Positions 25,060 through 36,640 of a stretch of DNA of 64,000 nucleotides are shown here, piece after piece; within the stretch, counting starts at the first letter, position 1; every line of letters begins with the position of its first letter. Under the pieces are notes generated by a model, which searched no databases, was not told the origin of the DNA, and was given only the letters and a program-made list of their open reading frames with translations. The translations under genes and the position numbers were made by a program. This stretch comes from Octopus vulgaris (lineage: Eukaryota), in assembly GCA_951406725.2 (NCBI GenBank), contig OX597815.1, positions 183,458,001-183,522,000 of the forward strand. Reading direction: 5' to 3'.

Positions 25060-25465
25060 GACGAGAACCAAAGACCAGTACTGGTACTCAGAGCATATAT
25101 TTTGTGAGCCACTGCCTTATTGAATGCAGAAAGTTCCGAGGTCCATATTTTCCTTATCTGGTTGTAATACTCTTTAGTGACACGTGTCTTGTTACTCGTA
25201 GGATATGTTTTCATCTGTCCCCCTAGGTGCCTGAAACATTCATCATCAGATATAGAAGAAACAGTTAAGTCATTGTTAGAAAAGCTGTTAGTCTGGTTTA
25301 CAGTTTTCCCTCTTTTCACAGCCTGCAGCAACATTTATCGTCATATCAAACTCCAACCCTTTTTCCTCTAGGAATCTTGCAACCATGTCAAGGCTCTTTT
25401 TCATCTCACGCATACTCTTGGCAAACAATTTCAAGTCATCCACAAACAAGCTGTGTGTAATTTTG
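25060..25465 (-). mobile_element. R4/Dong-type LINE reverse transcriptase fragment
   Basis: ITHSLFVDDLKLFAKS (F.DDLK) and EYYNQIRKIWTSELSAFNKAVAH motifs. Confidence 0.85.
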
Positions 25466-25475
25466 TTGTTTGTTT

Positions 25476-25620
25476 GTATGTATGTATGTATGTATGTATG
25501 TATGTATGTATGTATGTATGTATGTATGTATGTATGTATGTATGTATGTATGTATGTATGTATGTATGTATGTATGTATGTATGTATGTACGTACGTATG
25601 TACGTATGTATGTATGTATG
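25476..25620. repeat. (ATGT)n microsatellite
   Basis: Direct reading. Confidence 0.95.
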
Positions 25621-25778
25621 CGCATGCGTGGCTGTGAAAAGAATTTTGCTTTCCGAATACATGGTTTGGAGCTCGGTCCCACTGCATGGTACTTTGGGCA
25701 AGTGTCTTCTACTCTAGCTCCAGACCAACCAAGCTTTGTGAGTAGGTTGGATAGATGGAAACTAAGAGGCCCGTCGTA

Positions 25779-25836
<58 letters not shown>

Positions 25837-25846
25837 TACATATACA

Positions 25847-26700
25847 TACGGGTGCGATGGGTAAATTTTCGCCATTTTATATTTTTAATTTCGTGCATGC
25901 GCATTGTTTGTTTTTGATTTTCTCGATTACACTGTATAGTAGGGTCAGTTGGGTACCGTCTGTGAGAAAACAGCATCATGGTGGAATTCACTCTGCCATA
26001 AATTTGGAAACAACATGCTGTACTGCTTGGCATTATCACTGGAAGCTCCAATACAAACATTTCAGAGTGTTTGGGTGTCAATTTGAGGACATGTACCCAG
26101 AGTGATAAAAGCAAACATCCTGTCAACATTATGGTGTTTGGAGTGAACACTAGTGATGGCAACGTTATGCCTCCATTCATCTTCCCACACAGCCTCAGGC
26201 TCAACATGGAGGCCTACATCAAGTGCTTGAAGGAGGTAGTGTTGCCCTGGGCCAAGAGAGTGGTTGATGGAGGAACCTATGTCTGGCACCAGGACTCTGC
26301 ACCATGCCACACAAGCAGGAGAACCCAGTCATGACTGTCAGACAATTTCTGCGACCACATCACACTTAACATCTGGACACCTAACTCCCCAGACTGCAAC
26401 CCCCTTGATTATTATGTGCGGGGCACAGTTGAGCGAGAGATCAACAAAACTCCTTTTAACACCAAAGATGAACTGAAAGTAGGGATTATGGCAGCATTCA
26501 CCAACTTAAAACAAGGAGACCGTCCAGAAGAGTTGCAGGAGATTCCGAAGTTGTCTGGAGGTTGTGGTTGAAGCCAATGGCGATTTTATTGAATAAATTC
26601 ACACTTTAGTATTTCAAGAAATTTTTGTGTAATTTTGGTAAATATATCTGCTAACATGAGGTTAGTGTTATTTTCATTTTTGCGTAATTTAGACGCCAGT
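25847..26700 (+). mobile_element. maT (DD37D) transposon remnant, internally deleted
   Basis: VWHQDSAPCHTSRRTQS*LSDNFCDHITLNIWTPNSPDCNPLDYY: 37 residues between the second and third catalytic Asp. Confidence 0.85.
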
Positions 26701-26726
26701 TTATTGTGTGTGTGTGTGTATGTATG

Positions 26727-26758
<32 letters not shown>

Positions 26759-27162
26759 AGTGTTATCCCACTACCACTTGGCAACCGGTATTGGTTTGTT
26801 TACGTTCTCGTAACTTAGCGCTTCGCAAAAGACACCGGTGAAATAAAGTGCCAGGCTTAAAATAAGCACAGGCGTCGAATTATTTGAATGCGGCGCCCCA
26901 GCATGGTCGCAATCCAATGACTGAAACAAGTAAAAGAAAAAAGGTAAAAAGTAGTAGTAGCAGTACTAGTAGTAGTAGTAGCCCTTGTCATATAATGAAG
27001 GTGTGTACAGATCAAGATAAGAATAAATTCATTCTTCTCCCATTTTTCTTCTCTATTTCATTCCTTTATATATTACCTCCTTTCTATCACTTTCTCTCAT
27101 TCATTCTCAGATTAGAATTTTAAAATCAATGTTTTTCTACCATCTGTTAGCAGTCACAAATA

Positions 27163-28052
27163 TTGAGTCATCCCATAAATAATGCGGTTTTTTAATACTT
27201 TTGTTTTCTAAAATTAAGATAAAGTTCTTTTTTAATCTAAAATATACTCTCCTTCATTTTCTATAATGCTCTTACATCTATCTGGTAGACTTGCAACGCC
27301 CCCCCCTCTTCCAAAATTTACTTGTCCGTGATGAAAAATACTCCTCAAGTACTATTCTGACCTCATCTACTGGATTCATGCTTTTTCCGTCCAAATGATT
27401 TTGAAGACTGCGAAATAAATGACAATCAAATGGGGTAATGTCCGGCGAATATGGTGGGTCGGGCATCGTTTCCCATTGAAACTGCTCCAGCTTTTGGAAG
27501 GTTATCCTCGCTGTATGTGGCCGAGCATTATCCTGATGGAAGAACATCTTTCTCCTTGAAACCAAAGGTGGTCGTTTTTCTCCTAGCACTGGTTGAATGA
27601 CCAAATCCAAGCTTCTTTGCTAGTTCCTCAACAGTTATATTATTTTGTTCCACCAGGGTTTGCAGGACGTCCTGGTTGAGCTCTACAGATCTCATAGGAT
27701 GATGCTCGTCTTCTAGGCTGTAATTTCCGGTTCGGAATTTCTGGAACCATCGTTGACACTGGCATACGCTTATTGTCCAATATCCATATACTGCATTAAT
27801 ATTCCTTGCCCTTCCTGTTGCGTTGTTGCCTTTCTTGAACTCATAAAGCAATATATGCCGAATATGCTCCTTTGTCACTTCCATTATAGCTATGAAAAAA
27901 TAACTTAAAATTGAAGTGCATCATTTAAAACTTGCACTAAGAAGTACACGGTAAAGTTACTACCTGCTTTTATAGCAAGTGGATGCAGGTAGTTTATCCT
28001 GTCCTCCTCCGACTTGTAGTTCAGGCAATTGAAAAAATCGCATTATTTATTT
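27163..28052 (-). mobile_element. mariner (DD34D) transposon remnant
   Basis: MEVTKEHIRHILLYEFKKG HTH; HQDNARPHT; PPYSPDITPFDCHLF; TIR ttgagtcatcccataaataatgcg with partial partner cgcattatttat. Confidence 0.9.
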
Positions 28053-28064
28053 CACTTCTTATAT

Positions 28065-28460
28065 ATTTCTTTATTATCCACAAGGGACAAAAACATAGAA
28101 GGGACAAACAAGGACAGACAAAGGTATTAAGTCGATTACATCGACTCCAGTGCGTAACTGGTACTTAATTTATCGACCCTGAAAGAAGAAAGGCAAAGTC
28201 GACCTCGGCGGAATTTGAAATCAGAACATGAAATACCTATTTCTTTACTACCCACAAGGGGCTAAACACAGAAAGGACAGACAAACGGATTAAGTCGGTT
28301 ATATCGACCCCAGTGCGTAACTGGTACTTATTTAATCGACCCCGAAAAGAAGAAAGGCAAAGTCGACCTCGGCGGAATTTGAACTCAGAACGTAACGGCA
28401 GACGAAATGCCGCTAAGCATTTCGCCCGGCGCGCTAACGTTTCTGCCAGCTCGCCGCCTT
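28065..28460 (-). mobile_element. SINE family B, tandem copies
   Basis: Two head-to-tail partial copies. Confidence 0.85.
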
Positions 28461-28814
28461 CTTATTTCATTTCTTATATCCTCGTGTCTCACTTAAAATA
28501 GCTCTAAATACCCGCTGCGAGCTCCTCTAATTCTACGCTCGGGGATCACTGCTTATCTTACTAGCTATGTTATTTGTGTGTGTTTCTATGAGACAGTTAG
28601 TCTGCCCGTCCGTCCGTCCGTCCGTCTGCCTGCTTGTCAGTCAGTCTGTTTGCCAGTCAAGCTGTGTCTGTCTATCTGTGCGGGCGGGCGTAAAATTTAG
28701 ATAAGATTTTTATCAAGTGTCCGGCATGCAATAAACCAAATAAGTAAAAAATTAATACAAAATATACAATTATTTATCACACTGGCACGGGCTAAAAGCT
28801 TTCAAGATATATAT

Positions 28815-29636
28815 AAATAAATAAGGGTTAAGATCACCAGAAATAAGGGAAGTAAGAGGAGGAACACTTTAGGTACTATTGAACTATGAAGTAAAAATAT
28901 AGTTACCATGGTAACGAAGAATTTTATGGTGGACTTGATCGACATAAAACAAAAGGAAAGAAATACCTAAGTTCATGCACGCATGCACACACACACACGC
29001 ACACACGTCTATGAATAAGTGAAGAAATAAATAAAGGCCTATAGGCGCAGGAGGAATCTTTTCGGTTTGAACGGCAGTTTTTTAACATAATTTCCATGTA
29101 ACTAAACAATTTTAAACTTCGTATACTGGTAGAATGTGTTTATAAAACATTTTTTTGCTCTTGGCTTTATTGAGAAAATTCTATAGTTTGTAAGATATTT
29201 GTTATTTTTTTTTCTTCAATTTCTGCAATTTCAACCAATCAAATGACGTCTATTGAGGTGAAAACATTCTGCGCCGTATGAACATGTCCCTCGTTTAAGA
29301 AACAGATTGGGTTTATTTACATTTCTGAAGAAAAAAAGACACCCTTCTCCTCACCCCTAACCTTAACAATAACTAACCCTAACTAACCCTAACCCTAAAA
29401 CAGATTGAAATGCAATAGATCGATACTAGGGTCATAATTATGGGTGACAATTTCACATGACACCGCTAGAAAAAACTGCCGTTCAAACCGAAAAGATCCC
29501 AGGAGTTGCTTACCAACCGCATGGTTCCGGGTTCAGTCCCACTGCGTGGCACTTTGGGCAAGTGTCTTCTACTATAGCCTCGAGCCGACCAAAGCCTTGT
29601 GAGTGGATTTGGTAGATGGAAACTGAAAGAAGCCCG

Positions 29637-29694
<58 letters not shown>

Positions 29695-29910
29695 GTGTGT
29701 GTGTGTATATGTTTGTCTCTGTGTTTGTCCCCCCAACATCGATTGACAACCGATGCTGGTGTGTTTACGTCCCCGTAACTTAGCTGTTCGGCAAAAGCGA
29801 CCGATAGAATAAGAACAAGGCTTACAAAGAATAAGTCCTGGGGTCGATTTGCTCGACTAAAAGCGGTGCTCCAGCATGGCCGCAGTCAAATGGCTGAAAC
29901 AAGTAAAAGA

Positions 29911-29960
<50 letters not shown>

Positions 29961-30198
29961 GTGTGTGTGTGTTACCTTATCCATTAGGCCCTTTATTTCT
30001 TCACTTATTTATAGACGTGTGTGTGCATACGTGCACGTGCATGAACTTAGGTATTTCTTTCCTTTTGTTTTATGTCGATCAAATCCACCATAAAATTCTT
30101 CGTTACCATGGTAACCATATTTTTACTTCATTAGTTCAATAGTACCTAAAGTGTTCCTCCTCTTACTTCCTCTATTTCTGGTGATCTTAACCCTTATT
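28815..30198. repeat. ~220-bp inverted repeat pair (28815-29040 / 29985-30198) enclosing a SINE and a MITE; PLE-like fold-back
   Basis: Arms are reverse complements; left end follows atatat and begins ataaataaggg like the elements at 2822 and 17759. Confidence 0.7.
29053..29499. mobile_element. Merlin-like MITE inserted in the head of a family A SINE
   Basis: TIR g(g/a)atcttttcggtttgaacggcagtttttt; partial TSD caggag; internal (CCCTAA)-like repeats. Confidence 0.8.
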
Positions 30199-30579
30199 CA
30201 TAACCCAGTCACACACTTCTTCAAACACAAGTCAACTTGTACTACCAATCGTTTACCAATCCCATCCAATCGCGAAACCGAAAAATATTTATGATTTCCA
30301 ATTTAGTTTTTACTTTTACATTTCTTTCTCTTTGGACCTTAAACCAGGGCCGGTTCAAGGTACCAGCAACTCTAACAGTTGCCCATGGCGCCAAGGCGGG
30401 TATGACAAACACAAGGAAATTTCCACGACCGTCAGCTTGTACACGCCGAAGTTCAGCATGCTCGGAGAAACCAGCAACCCAATGGCTGATCCTACCTTAA
30501 ACCATTTTATATATCTATTTATATATCTATCATGCACAGGCGAGGTGATATTTTCTAAATAATATTTTCTAAATAATAG

Positions 30580-31145
30580 TTTCAAATTTTGCCACAACCG
30601 CAGCAATTTTGGGGTTGTGGGGGAGGGGGGAATAAATGGATTACATCGACTTCAGTGTTCAACTGGTACTTATTTTATCGACCTCCGAAAAGATGAAAGG
30701 CAAAGTCGAATTCAGCGAAATTTGAACTAAGAACGTTGCGACGGGCGAAATACCTATTTCTTTACTGCCCACAAGGGGCTACACAGAGGACAGATAAACG
30801 GATTAAGTCGATTACATCGACCCCAGTGCGTAACTGGTACTTATTTAATCGACCCCGAAAAGATGAAAAACAAAGTCGACCTCGGCGGAATTTGAATTCA
30901 GAACGTAGTGACGGGCGAAATACCTATTTCTTTACTGCCCACAAGGGGCTACACACAGAGAGGACAAACAAGGACAGACAAACGGATTAAGTCGATTATA
31001 TCGACCTCAGTGCGTAACTGGTACTTAATTTATCGACCCCGAAAGGATAAAAGGCAAAGTCGACCTCAGCGGAATTTGATCTCAGAACTTAAAGACAGAC
31101 GAAATACCGCTAAGCATTTCGCCCGGCGTGCCAACGATATTGCCA
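30580..31145 (-). mobile_element. SINE family B, three tandem copies
   Basis: Repeated atcgaccccgaaa...gtcgacctcggcggaatttga units. Confidence 0.85.
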
Positions 31146-32169
31146 CTTGATTTCCAAACACCATCAGAAGTATATATTTTTCAAGCAGTTGAAAGAAATT
31201 TAACAAGTTCCCGTAAAACACTTTTTAACCCCGAAATCCATCTTGAATTACAGGTGCATTCAATCTGACGGGCTTCCGTAGAGTTTTCGTCGATCTGATT
31301 CCAATCAGTCGAGGATCTACAAAATTACATATACCAAACCTCACACCTACTGGGTGTAATCATACCGTAAAGCGAGCATCTTAACCACTTGGTATATATC
31401 ACCTTTATATATATATATATACGAGCAAACATGGATGTGGTAAGAAGCTTGCTTCCCAACCACATGGTTCCGGGTTCAGTCTCACTGCGTGGCACCTTGA
31501 GCAAGTGTCTTCCACTATAGCCTTGGGCCGACCAAAGCCTTGTGCTACTGCCTTTGCCAATTCCTCTGTGGTATACCTGTGGCTTGGAGGACCATAATCT
31601 TCTCTTCTAACCCTAATAGGATGACTGCCACCAGCCAGGTAACATCTACCTCGTGGGGGGGGGGGCGGATTTCTTCCACCCTTACCCTGGAAGCACGTCT
31701 TTGCAGGTAAATAGGCAGAAGAACCACTTCGTCTGTCTTGAGGGAAGTTACGGAGCGCTGCCTGGCTATTGCCTCAGTTGCAAAACCACACTTCCACCGT
31801 CGCATACTTTCTTCCTCTGGCAAGGTACGTGACGTCCTGCCAGATGGGTCTCAGCGCTTTTCCAACTTGAACCTTTGTTGCTATATCTACTCTTTGTCAT
31901 TTCTGGTCGTACGTTCTGTACACTATCGTCTATTCTTTCACTTGTTTTGTAGTCTCACTCGGAGGGGTCACCTTTACTTCGTGCCCTTCTCGACTTCAAC
32001 ATTGCCTTGGATTGTTCAAATTCCTCCCTCTTGATTCATAAACCTTTCTTCCTCTAGCTGCATCTGAAAAAATTTCTCTCCTCCTCTATTGCCTTGTCTA
32101 TTATTTTTATTCTATTCAGCAACTCCTCAGACGATGTCATGTCTGACGAGCTAACTCTATCATAGTTGA

Positions 32170-32310
32170 AATTTACAGAAAAACAAAAGACGGAGACAGG
32201 TGTATAAACAACAAACAAGTGTATTAGTTTGACGATCGGGAAGTGAGAAAGTCTTTTACGTTTCGAGCCTAGCTTCTTCAACAGAAAGAAACACGAAGAA
32301 ATAAACAGAG
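32170..32310 (-). mobile_element. PLE-derived repeat fragment containing a hammerhead-like motif (32252-32289)
   Basis: Minus strand: tcttt-CTGTTGA-a-gaagc-tag-gctc-GAAAC-GTA-aaaga. Confidence 0.55.
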
Positions 32311-32370
32311 AAAGAAAAAAAAAAACAAAACATGTGGTTTCAGCGACACATCATTTTGATAACAGCACTT

Positions 32371-32781
32371 GGATCTTTTCAGTTTGAACGGCAATTTTTT
32401 CTAGCGGTGTCATATGAAATTGTCACCCATAATTATGACCCTAGTATCGATCTATTGCATTTTAATCTGTTTTAGGGTTAGGGGTGGGGGGGTATCTTTT
32501 TTTTTTTTCAGAAATGTAAATAAACCCAATCTGTTTCTTAAACGAGGGACATATTCATACGGCACAAAATGTTTTTTAACTCAATAGACGTCATTGATTG
32601 GTTGAAATTGCAGAAATTGAAGAAAAAAAACCCAACAAATATCTTACAAACTATAGAATTTTCTCAATAAAGCCAAGAGAAAAAGATGTTTTATAAACAC
32701 ATTCTACCAGTATACGAAGTTTAACATTTTTTAGTTATGTGGAAATTATGTTAAAAACTGCCGTTCAAACCGAAAAGATCC
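32371..32781. mobile_element. Merlin-like MITE
   Basis: ~28-bp TIR ggatcttttcagtttgaacggca / tgccgttcaaaccgaaaagatcc; perfect 8-bp TSD cagcactt; same family as 29053-29499, opposite orientation. Confidence 0.88.
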
Positions 32782-33214
32782 CAGCACTTCCCCCTTCAAA
32801 CAAGGTGGGGGAGAGGAAACGACAACAACACTGCCGCAAAGCAGCGAAACACCGTTATTAAACACAAAACAACTGAAATGACGATAACACTGAGCAACAG
32901 AAAAACAATCTGTCATGCTATTTAAGCTTTTTCAGCTGACCAAGGATAATTTTAGGGTGCTGAAATCGAATCTGACATCAGTTTTCAGACAGCACGTATA
33001 GTTTGATTTTTAGTTATTCACAGCATCAAATTTTCCAACTAATCGATAATATTAACAAAGTAGTAGGCTTTCGATTTTCATTCATATACTCATCACTGAA
33101 ACAAAAATACGTGCTGATAGAGGCAAATGTAGGCTGCCTGTTAAATTGCCACACGAGACTAGAATTTATTTTACTTTGTTATCGTTGTAATTATAGTAAA
33201 GTTCTCCTCACAGT

Positions 33215-33470
33215 AAAGGGTAAAGACCCCCTTCGGTCATGAATGACCATGGGATTGCACCTAGAAAGTTACCCTCCTAGACACAAGTCCGGGCAAGGTT
33301 GTTTATGGAAGGCTAGCAGTCGCCCATGCATACCAGCCTCCCCTCTCCACGCCACCAGTGTTATCCAAGGGAAAGACAAAGGTCGATACAGCTTGGCACC
33401 TGTGACGTCGCAACTCATTTCTACAGCTGAGTGAACTGGAGCAACGTGAAATAAAGTGCCTTGCTCGAGA
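33215..33470 (-). mobile_element. SINE family E (CORE-like), nested in Chapaev3
   Basis: Near-identical to the 3' part of 51522-51865. Confidence 0.8.
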
Positions 33471-33734
33471 ACTAGGTTATAGTAAGCCACGCAGACTCAC
33501 TTTTCTTGATAGCTGCTAGTGCTGTTAAAACAAAGTACATCAAATAAGAGAACCAGGTTATATGAAAGGTAGTTTAGTAGTAAGTTTAGCTATTTATAAA
33601 AGTGATCAATGTTTGAAATTTAGAAATTAAAAAAAAAAAACGTTTCGTGATAGCCATAGCTTCAGTATATTCGATAATAATTTCAATGATTTTTTTGAAG
33701 AATTATGTTTTGATGTTTTACAGTAACATTTATT

Positions 33735-33947
33735 CTTTCTTTTCTTTTATTCTTTTACTTGTTTCAGTCATTTGACTGCAGCCATGCTGGAGCACCACCT
33801 TTAGTCGAGCAAATCGACCCCGGGACTTATTCATTGTAAGCCCAGTACTTATTCTATCGGTCTCTTTTGCCGAACCACTAAGTGACGGGGACGTAAACAC
33901 ACCAGCATCGGTTGTCAAGCAATGCTAGGGGGACAAACACAGACACA

Positions 33948-33989
<42 letters not shown>

Positions 33990-34090
33990 CATATATACGA
34001 CAGGCTTCTTTCAGCCACGCAGTGGGACTGAACCCGCAACCATGTGGTTGGTTAGCAAGCTACTTACCACACAGCCACTCCTGCGCCTAT
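33735..34090 (-). mobile_element. SINE family A, nested in Chapaev3
   Basis: Reverse copy with internal deletion. Confidence 0.85.
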
Positions 34091-34562
34091 AGTTGATTAA
34101 TTTTATATTTTAGTTTACTGATAGGCCTCCTTGAGTGTTGATTTAAGTTATTACTGTATGTATTTATGATGAGCAGAAGAGTTTGTGTTAATCACCCGGA
34201 CAGCTTTAGTTACGTGTGTGGAAAATTTACGCCCAAAGATCAGAGAAATAAGCTTACAAATAAATTTTAAAATGCTTACAAGCTTTACTTTGGGTGCTAA
34301 CTTGGGAACCAAGATAAACTGTGGGCGCCTCATGTTTGTTGCAAAAAATGCTACATAGCACTAACCGAATGACTGAATGGTAAACGGAAAAGGATGCCAT
34401 TTTCATTACCAATGATATGGCGTGAACCAAGTTATTGGTTTGCTTCTTGGATTGCAAATGGGGTATACAAAGCATCAGTGCTTTTTGTGCCTTTGGAACG
34501 GCAGAGATGAGACTATGCTCAAGCATCACTATGATCAAAAAGAGTGGCCAAAGAGAAGCAAT

Positions 34563-34990
34563 GGATGTTTTCCCTTTCAACGGCAGATCGAGAAATTAAT
34601 TTTTTGTAACTAAACATTTTCAAACTTCGGACACTGGTAGAATGTGTCATATAAAACATCTTTTACTCTTAGTGTTGTTGAGAAAAGTTTCTATTTTCAA
34701 AGTTATTTCGTGTTAAAGTTGTATTTCGGTAATTTCAACCAATCAATGACGTCTATTCAGTTGAATAAAATTACTGCCATTGTTTGTCAACAAACAACTA
34801 TCGGCGGTGTATATTTCGTTTGTTACTGTTATTTATGACATCGTTCATGCGTTTGTACAGGTTTTAGCTTTAATGGGTTAGGGTTAGGGTTTTAGGGACA
34901 CATTCTATCAGTGTCCGAAGTTTGAAAGTGTTTTCTTACAAAAAAAAAAAAAATTTATTTCTCGATCTACTTTTGAAAGAGAAAAGATCC
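34563..34990. mobile_element. Merlin-like MITE (second subfamily) inserted in the Chapaev3 transposase
   Basis: TIR ggatgttttccctttcaa / ttgaaagagaaaagatcc; 8-bp TSD gaagcaat; internal gggttagggttaggg. Confidence 0.85.
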
Positions 34991-36528
34991 GAAGCAATTT
35001 CACTCCAAGGAGGTATAAAGTTAAATATATCCTTTTAATTGTCCCTCAGAAAAATTACCTTCCTCTCTTACTCATTAAACTTGGTTTGTTTAAGAATTTT
35101 GTTAAGGCCATGAATGAAGACGGTGAAGGATTCAAATATCTCAGTGAAAAATTTGTTTCTAGCAAGAGTGAAGCTAAGATCAAACCTGGTGTTTCTAATG
35201 GACCAGAAATTCGCACACTAATTTGTGATGAGCTTTTTCAAGAAAAAGTTAAGCTCAGTAGAGAAAAACTGCTTTTGAAAAGTTTCTCTTGTAAAAATAT
35301 TTTTGTGAAACGAAAAATCATCTAACCACGTAGCAATTGTGAATGATTTTTTGAAAGCAAGAATGTCTCTAAAAATTCATTTTCTCCACTCTCATCTTGA
35401 CTCCCTCCCCGACTCAATATGGGTGATGTAAACGATGAGTATGGTGAACGATTTCATCAAGAAATCAAAGAACTAGAAAGCCGCTATAGTGGCAGATTCA
35501 CACCAAACATTCTGACGGACATACAACATAAGCGTAAAAGAAGACACCAAAGTTATTTTTGAAAAATATAAAATTAATAATATTCACTTTACACTTTTTT
35601 TGTGTTTGAGAGCTACTTATCCACCAAGTTGCTATTATTCTTATACCAAATAACTGTAATTTACGCTTAACATAATATTCATTTAATTTGTCATGAATTT
35701 TCACATTATTGTAATCCTGATAGCAGCATAATAATAATAGCGCAAAAACGTGACGTGCAAGAGCAAAAATGATAGCAGATTCGGAATCAGCGCCCCCAAA
35801 TTACCTACGAACACATTTTGTCTAATAGTAGCAAATATTTTGTTGCCTAGTGTAATTTAATAGTAGTAATTTAACAGTAATAGTTCAACTCACAATAAAA
35901 ACACAACCTTCCTTTACTCTGTGAAGACAAGAATCCATATGTATTATGTACGCGCTAAGTCTGTAATCGCTTTTGTTCAGTGACAGTTAAGTTTAAATCC
36001 CAGGTCCAGTCCATTCAGCAAAATTTCGAGAAATTATTAATTTGAGATACCAGTGTTCCAAAGAAATGGACTGAACTGTTTGATTTTCATTTGAATTTTT
36101 TCCCCCCAATCAGTCTGGAGACTGATTATATATTCCTTATTAAAATTCCTTCAGAATCGTCTGTCGCTACGTTCTGAGTTCAAATTCCACCGAGGTCGAC
36201 TTTACCTTTCTTCCTTTAGGGGTCGATTAAATAAGTACCAGTTACGCACTGGGGTCGATGTAATCGACTTAATCTCTTTGTCTGTCCTTGTTTGTCCCCT
36301 CTGTGTTTAGCCCTTAGTGGGCAATAAAGAAATATAAAATTCCTTCAGAATATTCATTCATTCATTCCTATGATATTTAAGAGGTAGTTTGGAAGTCTCG
36401 CATGAAAGGAATAGTGACAGGTGACTTCATCTCCAGCCGAGGGTTGGTAGACTTTTTGGCTCCCCAACTCAAAATGAAAATAAGACTGGGAAGGAGTTGC
36501 TTGCCACTAGATATATACAAAAAAAAAA

Positions 36529-36640
36529 GGAAGAAAGTGGCATACACGTTGAGAGTGGATGTGTCTCCTTAAGGGATGGGATGTGTCTCCTTAAGGGATG
36601 AGTAGACACATCCACTCTCAATTGTATGCCACTTTCTTCC
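36529..36640. repeat. Hairpin element with ~36-bp arms and internal 22-bp duplication
   Basis: ggaagaaagtggcataca..ttgagagtggatgtgtct / agacacatccactctcaa.tgtatgccactttcttcc. Confidence 0.75.

Larger units (their letters stand above)
32888..35852 (+). mobile_element. Chapaev3-type (CMC) DNA transposon, decayed, with nested insertions
   Basis: TAA|CACTGAGCAACA...TGTTGCCTAGTG|TAA; transposase motifs WAPHVCCKKC, PMIWREP, GLQMGYTKHQCFLCLW, IKLGLFKNFVKAM, MSLKIHFLHSHLD, GERFHQEIKELESRY. Confidence 0.82.

Noticed and set aside
25431-26207. 258-aa minus-strand ORF
   Set aside because: Runs antisense through a maT remnant, a SINE fragment and an (ATGT)n tract
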